A stretch of 64,000 nucleotides of DNA from an uncultured Acidobacteriota bacterium (GCA_963815265.1 CAWFGI010000022.1:713870-777869), one strand, 5' to 3'. Shown: positions 20,413 through 30,150, counted from the stretch's first letter. A program made the numbers and translations. The notes: generated by a model not told the origin, from the letters alone.

Positions 20413-21116
20413 TACCGCTCAAGAATATGATGGCACGGCGTTCCGTTCCTGTAGTCACAATCCTGTTGATCGTCGTGGATGTCCTGGTCTTTTGCTATCA
20501 ACTCAGCCTCTCGAATGCGGCCAACGACGCCTTCATCAGAACCTTCGGAATGGTCCCGCTGAAAATGAAGCTAGCTCTCGCCGGCAGTCACTACACGCTT
20601 CTGGAAGCGTTCGTGCCGCTCATCACCTGCATGTTTCTCCATGGCGGATTTCTGCACATTCTCGGCAATATGTGGTTTCTTTGGATCTTCGGTGGCGCTA
20701 CCGAGGACAGGCTCGGATCTATTTCCTACTTGCTCTTCTACTTCATCTGCGGAATTGGCTCAGGACTGGCCCAGGCCCTCTTTAGTTGGGGCTCGAGTCT
20801 CCCATCAATCGGAGCGAGCGGCGCAATCTCTGGCGTCCTCGGCGCCTATGTAGTCTTCTTCCCCTCATCGAGAATCCTGACTCTCGTTCCTCTTTTCGTC
20901 TTTTTCTTCACCGCGCAAATCCCCGCCGTCATTTTCATCGGCCTCTGGTTCGTCGTCCAATTTCTAAGCGGAGTGAGCGCGCTGAACGCTCCACACGGGG
21001 CGAGTATGGGAGGAGTCGCGTGGTGGGCCCACGTCGGCGGCTTCGTTCTGGGAGCACTCTTGGCAAAAGTTTTTGAAGGCGGCCGTCGACGTGCCGACAG
21101 CTATACCTATAGTTGA
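20409..21116 (+). CDS. Rhomboid-family intramembrane serine protease
   Basis: HGGFLHILGNMWFLWIFG and GASGAISGVLGAY (catalytic Ser) ... HVGGF (His). It overlaps the kinase gene by 4 nt. Confidence 0.9.
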   Translation: MIPLKNMMARRSVPVVTILLIVVDVLVFCYQLSLSNAANDAFIRTFGMVPLKMKLALAGSHYTLLEAFVPLITCMFLHGGFLHILGNMWFLWIFGGATEDRLGSISYLLFYFICGIGSGLAQALFSWGSSLPSIGASGAISGVLGAYVVFFPSSRILTLVPLFVFFFTAQIPAVIFIGLWFVVQFLSGVSALNAPHGASMGGVAWWAHVGGFVLGALLAKVFEGGRRRADSYTYS

Positions 21117-21285
21117 AGTCTGCTTGGCTCAACAGCTAGCACTTGGATGAGGAGCTTGAGGTGCGCCCTATCGGGAATCTTCTCATCGCTTACCTGTGAA
21201 ACATTTGAACTATCACTTCAGCCCCGGCGCCAACTGATCCCGGCCAGGTCGATGTAAGACTCTTCTTGGTAGTGACGTGGCGGAC

Positions 21286-22938
21286 TTAAAGTGATGCATT
21301 CGAAGTTTGCGGCACAGGTGTCCACCCAAATCCTGCCTTATTTGCTTTCGGCGGCGACGCCTCTGTCGACTTCGCCCGCTCATATTTAAACTGCCCTACT
21401 AATGTTCTAAGCTCCGAAGACATCCGCTCCAATTCCGATACGGCCGTCCGCAGCTCATGCGCTCCGCTTGATGTACTCTGCGCCGCATGGGCCACGCCGG
21501 AAATGTTCCGGGCGATCTCCGTCGACACCTTCGCACCCTCCGAGATGTTCCGGGCAATTTCGCCCGTCGTTGCGGTCTGTTCTTCCACCGCCGCGGAAAT
21601 GGCGACTGACAAGTCGTGAATCTGATTGATGATCGAAGTGATCGTGCCTATCGCCTGCACGGATCCTTTAGTGTCGGCCTGAATTGCTTCGATCTTCGAC
21701 CGAATATCCCCGGTGGCATGCGCTGTCTGCTTGGCGAGTTCCTTCACTTCATTCGCTACCACCGCGAAGCCTTTCCCTGCTTCGCCTGCCCGCGCAGCCT
21801 CGATCGTGGCGTTGAGCGCGAGAAGATTCGTCTGCTCGGCGATCGATGTGATCACCTTGATCACTTGCCCGATTTCCGCGCTCGATTCCCCGAGCTTCAT
21901 CACCATCGCATTCGTCGTCTCTGCAACCTCCACCGCTTCTTTCGCCACGCTAGCAGCCTTACTCACGTTGCCGCCGATATCGCGCAAGCTCGCGCTCATC
22001 TCCTCAGTGGCCGCGGCCACCGTCTGCAGATTTGCGCTTACACGCTCGGTAGCTGACGTTACGATCGTGGCTTGTGACGTGGTCTCCTCCGAATTGGCGC
22101 TCATTCGCTGGCTGACAGCCCCCATTTCCTCTGTTGCCAGAGTTACTTCGCTGGCGCTCGCGGCCACCCGCCCGATCGTAACCCGCAGCTTCTCCACTGA
22201 ATCGCGAAACCACTGCGCGATTTCTCCCAGCTCGTCCTGATGAGAATCTTTTGCCTCGAGCGTCAGATCCCCGGCAGCCAGCTCCTTCAGCCATCCGGTG
22301 ATAATCGCCAACCGCTTGTTGATATCGCGAGCGGTGCGGAACGCGATCACGAACAAAAGCCCGGACGACACCAGGCAAATGGCGATGATGGCGGTCTCCG
22401 AACGGTTGACCGCGCGGGCTGCGTCCAACTCTGACCGCTTCGAATCGGCCTGCAGCTTATCGTTCGCATCGTCCATCATATTTCGGAGATCCTGATAGCC
22501 CTGCAAGAACGGCCCCAGCATGGGCATCGCTGCGGCAGCGTCTTTCCGCTGATCCGAGATCTTTGAAGCTTGCGCGAGATATTCTTCCGAAAGTTTGGTC
22601 TCCCTTTGAAGTATTACTAGAACCGTTTGACTCTGGCTTAGGCTCACAGCAACACTAAGCTTGTCTCTCAGTAACTTTTGATGCTCGCTCAGTTCCGCAG
22701 CTGCGGTGTCCTGGGCATCACCAGAAGCCGTCAACATTTTCGAGATGTCCCCCCGCGTCAGGTCTAGGAACATGCTCGCTTCCATGTGGCTCCGTATCGC
22801 CGTCGACGTCGCGGCTACGTCTTTCACTCCTCGCGCAACGTCACGTATTCCTTTCCATCCGGAAACTCCAACGGCCACCGAAAAAGCAACGCCCAGCAAC
22901 CCAAGACCGTAAAGCTTTTGTCGAATTGTGATCGTCAT
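21286..22938 (-). CDS. Methyl-accepting chemotaxis protein (two TM segments, periplasmic helical sensor, HAMP, MA domain)
   Basis: Highly conserved signalling hairpin EQTNLLALNATIEAARAGEAGKGFAVVANEVKELA, and a HAMP region after TM2. Confidence 0.9.
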   Translation of the reverse strand: MTITIRQKLYGLGLLGVAFSVAVGVSGWKGIRDVARGVKDVAATSTAIRSHMEASMFLDLTRGDISKMLTASGDAQDTAAAELSEHQKLLRDKLSVAVSLSQSQTVLVILQRETKLSEEYLAQASKISDQRKDAAAAMPMLGPFLQGYQDLRNMMDDANDKLQADSKRSELDAARAVNRSETAIIAICLVSSGLLFVIAFRTARDINKRLAIITGWLKELAAGDLTLEAKDSHQDELGEIAQWFRDSVEKLRVTIGRVAASASEVTLATEEMGAVSQRMSANSEETTSQATIVTSATERVSANLQTVAAATEEMSASLRDIGGNVSKAASVAKEAVEVAETTNAMVMKLGESSAEIGQVIKVITSIAEQTNLLALNATIEAARAGEAGKGFAVVANEVKELAKQTAHATGDIRSKIEAIQADTKGSVQAIGTITSIINQIHDLSVAISAAVEEQTATTGEIARNISEGAKVSTEIARNISGVAHAAQSTSSGAHELRTAVSELERMSSELRTLVGQFKYERAKSTEASPPKANKAGFGWTPVPQTSNASL

Positions 22939-22957
22939 CTGCGGGCCTTTGCAGCGC

Positions 22958-23413
22958 TCACTGAATCTTAAGTATTACTTTAACCGTGTCGTCTACGTCT
23001 TCTTTCTTCACATAGCCTATAGCCCCGGCGTTGTCGGCGATCGCCTGCTTCATTTGCGCTCCAGACGCGACATCCTTCGGCGGAGCTGCCACTTTTCCTT
23101 GGAAGGCTGCTTGCATGAAATACTTTCCGTAGTCGGCTTCGCTCATTTTGTATATTTCGCGCAGCACCACTGCCCGTTCCGGCTGTCCTTGCGCTAGCAT
23201 CAAGATCGTTACCCGCTTGCCATTGGACCAGGTCGACTTATCGCCCATGAACAATTTGCGAGCATCCGCTAACGGCAGATCACCTGTCGGATTGGCTTTG
23301 TTCACTATAACGTCGACTTCGTCTCCCCCCGCATCCGCCGGCCGGGATGAAATACCTAAACCCGCGACAACGAGGGCGCCGGCAAGTAGTACGAATTGAA
23401 TTCGTTTAGCCAT
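22958..23413 (-). CDS. Small periplasmic PBP-like (PstS-family-like, single-lobe) substrate-binding protein
   Basis: Signal peptide, VIVNKANP...L....KLFMG.K..W.NG..V and AIGYV motifs as I remember them from short proteins annotated as phosphate ABC substrate-binding. Confidence 0.55.
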   Translation of the reverse strand: MAKRIQFVLLAGALVVAGLGISSRPADAGGDEVDVIVNKANPTGDLPLADARKLFMGDKSTWSNGKRVTILMLAQGQPERAVVLREIYKMSEADYGKYFMQAAFQGKVAAPPKDVASGAQMKQAIADNAGAIGYVKKEDVDDTVKVILKIQ

Positions 23414-23424
23414 GGCACTCTCCG

Positions 23425-24891
23425 TCAGAATGAAAAGCTCAATTGAGTTGATAGCTGGTTGTAGCTCTTCAAGTTTCGCTGAGAAAACCGGTCGTATTGA
23501 AACTTGAGCGCGGCGAAATTGTTGAGGTCGATACGAATGCCTCCTGATGCATCGTTCTGGCGACTAACGATCACGTCATTTGCAGCCGGACTAAAGGTCG
23601 GATCGGCATCATTAGCGTTCTCGAAGGCATATCGGAAATAGGGACGATACTTTCCGAACGCGTAGGACACCTGCGAATAAAATGCCGGCATGTCAAACGT
23701 CCGGCCGCCATGCGCGGCGTCGCGAATGTCCAGAGCCTCATTCAGCCACTCCAGCCGTTGGTTCTGATACACCACGTAAGCATCCATGATCGATTGACCT
23801 ATTTTCGGAAGTTCGGTCGGAGTCAAATCATCGTGATAAAACGAGAAACCTGTGATCAATCCGGAGAACCACGCAGGATGTGCGGACACATTAATATTGA
23901 ATGATTTCCCGTGATTGAAGTCCGTGCGGTTCTGCGCTGGCTCGTTCTCTGGAATGTGATCGCGGCCGTTCCCCACTTCCGCTACCCAGTGCAACCCAAA
24001 CTTCCCGGACGGAATATTCCCGTTGGCTGAGAATCCGATTTCTTGGAGTGGCATAAATCCGCCCTCATCGTCGAATCGGAACATAAGAGGCCGTCCGATT
24101 GGCGTGGCGAACCACTGGATGTGATGAAACGTCGCGTTGTAATAGCCTATGTCGGTATGGTAGCGGCCCACTCCGAATGTGAAGTAATCGTTGCGTTTGT
24201 ATTCGAGCATCAGCCGCTCTAAGTCCGGATTGATTGTGTTATCTGGCTGAGCCAGCAACAAGAATTCGCCGAGCACAGATATGTGGTCGGAAAGTCTCGA
24301 AGTTAGAAAAAGGTCCAGCGATCCTAGCTGAAAAGTATTTGCGCTCGGTCCCTGGTCGTTCGCAGCAAATCCCGCGTCCCCATAAGCATTCAGATGGAGT
24401 CGGGGCGACACTTCATTGATCTCGATGTCGGCCGGATGAGCAGGCACAGATGCTGTCGGCACCGCGGCTTCTGGCAGGGCGGGCGTAGCGGAGGCGGGAG
24501 CCACTGCAGAAGCATCTGCTGGCGAGGCGGTCACCGCAGCAGGCGCTGCTTGGTTCGATCGGCCAGGCGATTCTTTCGCTTCCAGTTCCGCCACCCGAGT
24601 CTGCAGCAGTTGTATCTGTTGTACAAGTTGCTGGAGGAGCTCCCGGTCTGTAGGGTTCGAATTCTCGGCCGTCTTGCTGTCTTTGTTGGTAGCGTCTTTG
24701 TTGGTAGCGTCTTTGTTGGTAGCGTCTTTGTTGGCCGCATCTTTTCCCGCTGAATCCTTATCGTCGTTCGTAAGGCCTCGCGCCGGAGCCGGCATCAGCA
24801 GAGCCATCAAAAAGATCGTGCCGCACCACGCAGGTTGAATGGCCGCGCGGTATCGCAGCGTCTCCACCCGGTTGAGATTTCGACATGACAC
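23425..24891 (-). CDS. Outer-membrane beta-barrel porin-like protein with N-terminal (NKDAT)n repeat and coiled coil
   Basis: Signal-like N-terminus, LLQQLVQQIQLLQTRVAELEAKE coiled coil, alternating beta-strand pattern, and a C-terminal ...QLSFSF aromatic terminus. Confidence 0.6.
   Translation of the reverse strand: MSCRNLNRVETLRYRAAIQPAWCGTIFLMALLMPAPARGLTNDDKDSAGKDAANKDATNKDATNKDATNKDSKTAENSNPTDRELLQQLVQQIQLLQTRVAELEAKESPGRSNQAAPAAVTASPADASAVAPASATPALPEAAVPTASVPAHPADIEINEVSPRLHLNAYGDAGFAANDQGPSANTFQLGSLDLFLTSRLSDHISVLGEFLLLAQPDNTINPDLERLMLEYKRNDYFTFGVGRYHTDIGYYNATFHHIQWFATPIGRPLMFRFDDEGGFMPLQEIGFSANGNIPSGKFGLHWVAEVGNGRDHIPENEPAQNRTDFNHGKSFNINVSAHPAWFSGLITGFSFYHDDLTPTELPKIGQSIMDAYVVYQNQRLEWLNEALDIRDAAHGGRTFDMPAFYSQVSYAFGKYRPYFRYAFENANDADPTFSPAANDVIVSRQNDASGGIRIDLNNFAALKFQYDRFSQRNLKSYNQLSTQLSFSF
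24679..24738. repeat. 15-bp tandem repeat, 4 copies (last one degenerate), inside the porin gene
   Basis: GTCTTTGTTGGTAGC x3 then GTCTTTGTTGGCCGC. It encodes DAANKDATNKDATNKDATNKD on the minus strand. Confidence 0.9.
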
Positions 24892-25049
24892 TCCTCCATC
24901 CTCGAAAGTCGTGAACCGTAAGTCTTCGCGGGAATTGGCCGGGACGGCGATTGGCGATGGAATGGCAGCATTTTCGCGCCATGCAAACCAGTACCGTCTG
25001 TAGGACTTAATCGTCCGAAGGAGAGAAAACTTAAAGGTTTAGTGCAGCT

Positions 25050-26165
25050 TTACGTCGAGGATATAACGTTTCTTGAAACCGCATTCGCTACCCAGTCACC
25101 CACTTCGCGTGTACCGAGAGCTCCGCCGAGTTCGGCAGGTGTCTTCGATTCGGACAGCGCTGCGCGCACTGCAGCTTCTATCGCCCGGGATTCGGCGCTC
25201 CAGCCCAGGTAATCGAGCATCATTCCCACAGTAAGAATGGCGCCCATCGGATTCGCAATATTCTTACCCGCGATGTTCGGTGCCGAGCCGTGCACCGGCT
25301 CAAACAGCGACACCTGCCCCGGATGAATATTGCCGGAGGGCGCCAAGCCTAGGCCTCCCGCAAGCTGCGCACCCAGGTCGCTCGCGATGTCGCCGAACAG
25401 ATTCGAAGTCACAATCACCTGAAACTGCGATGGGTCGCGAACCATCTGCATCAGCAAATTATCAATGTACTGGTGGCTCGCCTCGATGTCCTGATACTCG
25501 GCGCGCACCAGTTTGAACACGCGCTGCCACAGATCATGGCCGAACGCGAGTGCATTCGACTTGTCGGACATGCAAACGCGCTTCAACCCGCGCCTGCGCG
25601 CAAATTCAAAGGCGTAGCGGATGATCCGCTCCACGCCCTTGCGCGTATTCAGATCCTCCTGCGTCGCAATCTCGTCCGCGGTTCCCTTCTTGAAAAACCC
25701 ACCCATCCCCACGTAAAGCCCCTCAGTGTTCTCGCGGAAGACGATGAAATTCACATCCTTCTCGCTACGGTCCTTCAGCGGCGTAAATCGCTTGTCAAAC
25801 AGCACGCAAGGCCGCGCATTCACATATAGATCGAGCTTGAAACGCAGCCCCAGCAAAATATCCGCCGCATGCACATTCGTGGGAACGCGCGGGTCGCCCA
25901 TAGCCCCGAGCAGGATTGCGTCGAAGTCGCGATGAAACATCTCCACCGCATCGGCCGGCAGAGTCGTCCCATCTCGAAGATAACGATCCGCTCCCCAATC
26001 GAATTCCGTCAGCGTCAATTTTTTCCCCGACGCCGCCGCGACGGCTTTGAGCACCTTCACCGCCTCGGGAATCACTTCTTTGCCAATCCCGTCGCCGGGA
26101 ATCACTGCAATCCGTTTTGTCGCAAGCGCGGATGGAGCAGCGGGACCAGATGGATGCGTGGTCAT
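25050..26165 (-). CDS. Isocitrate/isopropylmalate dehydrogenase family enzyme (3-isopropylmalate or tartrate dehydrogenase-like)
   Basis: RIAVIPGDGIGKEV, FRENTEGLYVG, NLFGDIASDL, GSAPNIAGKNIANP motifs. Confidence 0.85.
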   Translation of the reverse strand: MTTHPSGPAAPSALATKRIAVIPGDGIGKEVIPEAVKVLKAVAAASGKKLTLTEFDWGADRYLRDGTTLPADAVEMFHRDFDAILLGAMGDPRVPTNVHAADILLGLRFKLDLYVNARPCVLFDKRFTPLKDRSEKDVNFIVFRENTEGLYVGMGGFFKKGTADEIATQEDLNTRKGVERIIRYAFEFARRRGLKRVCMSDKSNALAFGHDLWQRVFKLVRAEYQDIEASHQYIDNLLMQMVRDPSQFQVIVTSNLFGDIASDLGAQLAGGLGLAPSGNIHPGQVSLFEPVHGSAPNIAGKNIANPMGAILTVGMMLDYLGWSAESRAIEAAVRAALSESKTPAELGGALGTREVGDWVANAVSRNVISST

Positions 26166-26192
26166 CGATTACCTTTCCTCCATTTTTGGAGT

Positions 26193-26236
26193 GCGGCGGC
26201 TTGCCGCCGCTTTCACGCGTCCCGGCTCGCCGGGAC
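26193..26236. repeat. Two adjacent GC-rich palindromic hairpins (REP-like)
   Basis: GCGGCGGC-TT-GCCGCCGC (26193..26210) and GTCCCGGC-TC-GCCGGGAC (26219..26236), in the spacer just upstream of the dehydrogenase start. Confidence 0.7.
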
Positions 26237-26409
26237 AATTCTCGGCGAAAGCTTCGTTTCAGAATGAAGGGCTATGGCGAACCCGAGCCAAAGCTCGCAC
26301 GAGTCAGCGGAAATTTCAAGGACGGCGAGCACGTGGAGACGAGAGTGACAAATGAAATCTTCACTGGAGGTGTCGGCAAGGCGACCCTAAATGATAAAAG
26401 CGATTTGAA

Positions 26410-27486
26410 CTAATAGTTGAGGTTAGAAGAAAAATCGGGACTACCACCACCCTTCACAAGAACGATCCAATTCTGTAGTTCTCTTCCGCCCATCTTCCAG
26501 AAAAGCTTGCAGGATTCCAAATACGCAACCACAGTCTCAGTTTCACCTTTCTCAAGAAGCGCTTTAGCAAGCGTCATGTTGGGTCCAAATGAATCGAGTT
26601 GCGGTGAGCCGGGCGTTTGGCCCGAGGCGAGCAGGTACTGCTTTGCACCGGGAATGTCGTCGTGCTGCAGAGCCACCAGTCCTAGGATCATATTGCCCTT
26701 GTGAATTGCGTTTCCATAGTTCCAGCTATCCTTGAACTCTGGAGCAAGGCGTAGTAGTTCAGACGCATATTGCTGCGCCTTCACGCTGTCGCCTGCGGCG
26801 AAAGCATCGACGGCAAGCTGATCCAAAGCGACGAATCTTTTTTCGTTGTCGGTCTTGTCGAGGCTTTGCTCGCGAAGAGCCAGCGCCTTCTCGGCGAGAG
26901 CTTTTTTCTGTTCGGCCGATTGCGGCCGTTCACTCTGGAGTTCGTAGGATTGTGCCAGCATCGAAATCGTCTCGGTATCATTAGGGTTTACCAGAGCGGC
27001 TTTATTCAACAAATCGCGACTCAGCTTGTCGTCGGAAGTTGCGAAGAAAGATGAAGCGTTGCGAAGCACTCTTGTGTCGGAAGGATGCTTCTCGACCTGT
27101 TCGAGCCACAACTGCTTCGCGCGCTGATATCCATCCACGCTCCCAATGCTATCGACCGGCATGATCTCAGCTTCTGGTGTTCCGGCAAACTCGGACTCCG
27201 GATGGTGCTCGATGAGCCAGAAAATAAGTGTTTCGCGCTTTTGCTCGATCTCAGGAGACTTGTTGGAAATATGGGAGACGAAATAATAGTCCAGAAGCTG
27301 TTCGCGCACTTCGAGGTCGTCCGGATTCGTTTTTAGTTTTTCCTCTAGCGCTGCGGCTGCCCCCGCTGACAGCCGCGGCTGGATATGAGGCATGTCGGAC
27401 GGGTCCTGAGCCCGAACGGCCGCAGAAAACAGCGACCCCGCAAGCAGAAGAAGCAACGCAACGTATGCTATGCGGAATTGCCCCAT
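26410..27486 (-). CDS. Secreted all-alpha/TPR-like hypothetical protein
   Basis: Signal peptide (LLLLLAGSLFSAAVRAQ) and helical-repeat-like composition. No family recognised. Confidence 0.45.
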   Translation of the reverse strand: MGQFRIAYVALLLLLAGSLFSAAVRAQDPSDMPHIQPRLSAGAAAALEEKLKTNPDDLEVREQLLDYYFVSHISNKSPEIEQKRETLIFWLIEHHPESEFAGTPEAEIMPVDSIGSVDGYQRAKQLWLEQVEKHPSDTRVLRNASSFFATSDDKLSRDLLNKAALVNPNDTETISMLAQSYELQSERPQSAEQKKALAEKALALREQSLDKTDNEKRFVALDQLAVDAFAAGDSVKAQQYASELLRLAPEFKDSWNYGNAIHKGNMILGLVALQHDDIPGAKQYLLASGQTPGSPQLDSFGPNMTLAKALLEKGETETVVAYLESCKLFWKMGGRELQNWIVLVKGGGSPDFSSNLNY

Positions 27487-27604
27487 CTCCGCCTCCGTTT
27501 ATTCGCCCAAAAAGCCACGAACACGATCCGGGGAATTAACTCCTCGCGTAAGTACGATGACTGTACCCTGGAAGGTCGGTTGCTAGGAAGACGGTGTTCC
27601 TAAA

Positions 27605-28252
27605 TCACGCATCAGCGGATGATGAATCCCTGAACAGCGCGTGGTGAATCAAGTGCGTGCACGATTCCACCCACCGATCGAGCTCCGGCTTGGGCATCCG
27701 CACCGCTTGCCCCAGCAAGCTCCAGAACAGCGCATCCATCCCTCGCGCCAATCCCGGGACGTCCAGGCCCTTCCGGGCACCCGGCAGCTCGGCGAGCCTT
27801 TCGAACACGGCCGCCACGCGCCCTGTCGTCCAGGCATGAATCTGCTTTTGCTTCCTTGCCAGCCCGGCATCGTTGAGCGCCGCCTCCTGCCACGCACGGT
27901 ACGCACCGAGATAGCGAAGATCATGCGCGAAAGAACGGGACAACAGACCGCGGATCACAGCTCGCGTATCCGCCGCTGCCTCCGTACGAAACTCAAGCTG
28001 GCTCAATTTCTCGAGCAGTTCATCCATCAGCGCCAGCAAAAGCTGCCTCTTCGAGCGGTAGTGCTGATAGAAGCTCCCCACGGCAAGATTGGCTCGCTGC
28101 GCGATCGCTTCGATCGACGTGCTTTCATACCCCTTTTCGCCAAAGAGACTCAGCCCAGCCTCTTTAAGCCGCTCGCGCTTGTTAACAGAACGTTCCTGCC
28201 GCGGATCGGACGGCAAATCCTCCCCCGCAAGTAGATCGGGACGCTTCTTCAC
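27605..28252 (-). CDS. TetR/AcrR family transcriptional regulator
   Basis: HTH region GYESTSIEAIAQRANLAVGSFYQHYRSKRQLL. Confidence 0.9.
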   Translation of the reverse strand: MKKRPDLLAGEDLPSDPRQERSVNKRERLKEAGLSLFGEKGYESTSIEAIAQRANLAVGSFYQHYRSKRQLLLALMDELLEKLSQLEFRTEAAADTRAVIRGLLSRSFAHDLRYLGAYRAWQEAALNDAGLARKQKQIHAWTTGRVAAVFERLAELPGARKGLDVPGLARGMDALFWSLLGQAVRMPKPELDRWVESCTHLIHHALFRDSSSADA

Positions 28253-28295
28253 CGGAGTTCCATTGCCAGTTCAATCCTGAGGTACAATTTCGTCT

Positions 28296-28688
28296 TCACC
28301 GTCTGCCTTCTGATCCGCGTGGCAGCGGCCATGCGCTCACACCAACTAATCCTGCCGCGCAGCACCAAAGCATCCAGCCCCCGAAAACACCCGCTACCTG
28401 CGGAGACATATTCGGAAACACCACCGGGAAAAACGCGCTGGAAAAAGGATCCAGCAAGAGCGTAGGCAGCAGCAGCGCTGTCGCCCCGCGAAGCCGTTCC
28501 GATTCAGGCAGCCCCGTTCGGGCGCACAAACGCCGCACAAGCCAGGCGATCAACGGAAACGTCACCGCAAAAAGAATCAGCGTTCCCTTCCAGTCGCCCG
28601 GACGCAAAAGGTGCTGCCCCCCGAAACGCAAAGCGAGCGTAGCGCCCAGCCAAATAATGAGGCCGCTTCGAATCAGTCGTTGATTCAT
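28296..28688 (-). CDS. Small integral membrane protein (4 predicted helices), co-transcribed with the TetR gene
   Basis: 130 aa, hydrophobic throughout. A 43-nt gap separates it from the TetR start. Confidence 0.5.
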   Translation of the reverse strand: MNQRLIRSGLIIWLGATLALRFGGQHLLRPGDWKGTLILFAVTFPLIAWLVRRLCARTGLPESERLRGATALLLPTLLLDPFSSAFFPVVFPNMSPQVAGVFGGWMLWCCAAGLVGVSAWPLPRGSEGRR

Positions 28689-28700
28689 AATCGGATTCGT

Positions 28701-28722
28701 AATATGAACATGAGTTCATATT
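28701..28722. promoter_or_regulatory. Perfect 9-bp inverted repeat, candidate TetR operator
   Basis: AATATGAAC-atga-GTTCATATT, 13 nt upstream of the membrane-protein ATG (28688), in an AT-rich patch. Confidence 0.5.
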
Positions 28723-29217
28723 CATATATGGCCGCGCGAAATGCAAGTCCAAAATGCGTCTATCGGTCCGTCGCGGCCAGCCCCCTCGCCGCTACTCGAC
28801 CTTGCCCTGCCCCGCCTTGCTCCGCCGTTTTTCAGTTCTCACATTGAATTGTCGCCCGGCAAGCATTAGAATCCGCTCCAAGCCGAACCGGCCGGGATTC
28901 CAGAGCGTGGTCTCACCCCGGAACAGTTCGCACAGCACACGTTTTTTGATCCATTTCTTTGCGGCCACTCCAGCCTGGGCGGTCGTTCAATGAATCGTTG
29001 AGGTTTCAACCAAGGCGGCATCACTCGACACGCCGCCAAAACAAATCTGGGCGGAAGCGCGGAGATCTTTGGGAGGCACGAGCTGAGTAAGCTCGCCGAA
29101 CTCGTAACGCAGAAGTCTCGCTCCCGCAGGGCTAAGCGCAGAAAGTAAGCGTAAAAGCGCGCTCGTGGCATGCCTCTTGGCGTTCTTCGAAACCGCGCAA
29201 ACTGGGGAGGAAACAAC

Positions 29218-30102
29218 ATGAAGCGATTCAGAAGTTATGCACTGGCGTTCCTGATTTCCGCAGGACTGGGATTGGCGCTCGCAAGCGCCGCCCCTGTAAA
29301 GGCGCAGGCCACCGATTCAACCGATTCGAGCACCACTCCGGCAAAGAAGACGACCAAATCGAAGAAGAAGTCCACCGACGCAAGTTCCACAGATTCCAGC
29401 GACGCCTCTTCTTCGGGAAAATCTTCCACGTCGAAATCGAAGAAGGCGAAATCTGACTCTGACAGCGACTCTTCCGACAAGACCGCGTCAACCACTTCGA
29501 AGAAGTCCAAATCCGCCAAGTCGTCCTCCGGCGACACCGCTGCATCAGCGGACTCGGCATCAGACACAAAATCAAGCTCGAAGAAATCCAAGTCAGCGAA
29601 GGCTTCTTCGACCGATGCCAAGGCCGACTCAACAGCCTCAACGGATGCGGCTGGCACAAAGTCAACGAGTTCGAAGAAGTCAAAAGCTTCCTCGACCGAC
29701 ACGGCCGCTTCAAAAGACGCAGATGCCAGCACAAAATCGGCGAGCACAAAGAAATCCAAATCCACCAAGGCTGCAGACACGAATACATCCGCTGCAGCGA
29801 CCACAGCTTCGAGCTCAAATTCGGGTGCTGCGGCTCCCGCTCCGGCAAGCTCGAACCCACCTGCGTCTTCGAACTCAGCAGCCTCCACGAAACCAGCCAA
29901 ATCCACCAGCACCTCGGCCGCGAAGAGCAGCGCAAGCCAGCCGGCGCCTCCCGCGGGAAGCGGGCAGGTCTGGGTCAACACCGATTCCGGTGTCTACCAC
30001 AAAGAAGGAACCCGCTACTACGGCAAGACCAAAACCGGCAAATACATGTCCGAAGCCGACGCTCAGAAGGCCGGTTTCCATGCGGCGAAGAACGACCAAT
30101 AG
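29218..30102 (+). CDS. Secreted Ser/Lys/Asp/Thr/Ala-rich low-complexity protein with a conserved basic C-terminal domain
   Basis: ATG at 29218 after GGGGAGG, signal peptide MKRFRSYALAFLISAGLGLALASAAPVKAQ, about 230 aa of SKKSK/SSTD-type repeats, and C-terminus VWVNTDSGVYHKEGTRYYGKTKTGKYMSEADAQKAGFHAAKN. Confidence 0.6.
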   Translation: MKRFRSYALAFLISAGLGLALASAAPVKAQATDSTDSSTTPAKKTTKSKKKSTDASSTDSSDASSSGKSSTSKSKKAKSDSDSDSSDKTASTTSKKSKSAKSSSGDTAASADSASDTKSSSKKSKSAKASSTDAKADSTASTDAAGTKSTSSKKSKASSTDTAASKDADASTKSASTKKSKSTKAADTNTSAAATTASSSNSGAAAPAPASSNPPASSNSAASTKPAKSTSTSAAKSSASQPAPPAGSGQVWVNTDSGVYHKEGTRYYGKTKTGKYMSEADAQKAGFHAAKNDQ

Positions 30103-30150
30103 GGCCCTTCAATCTTAGATAACGACAAGAATAAAAACAGGAGAGACCAA

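Noticed and set aside
29228-30118. Three long ORFs overlapping the Ser/Lys-rich gene (two antisense, one +2 frame).
   Set aside because: This is a low-complexity repeat DNA artefact. Only the frame starting at 29218 has an SD, a signal peptide and a conserved C-terminal domain.
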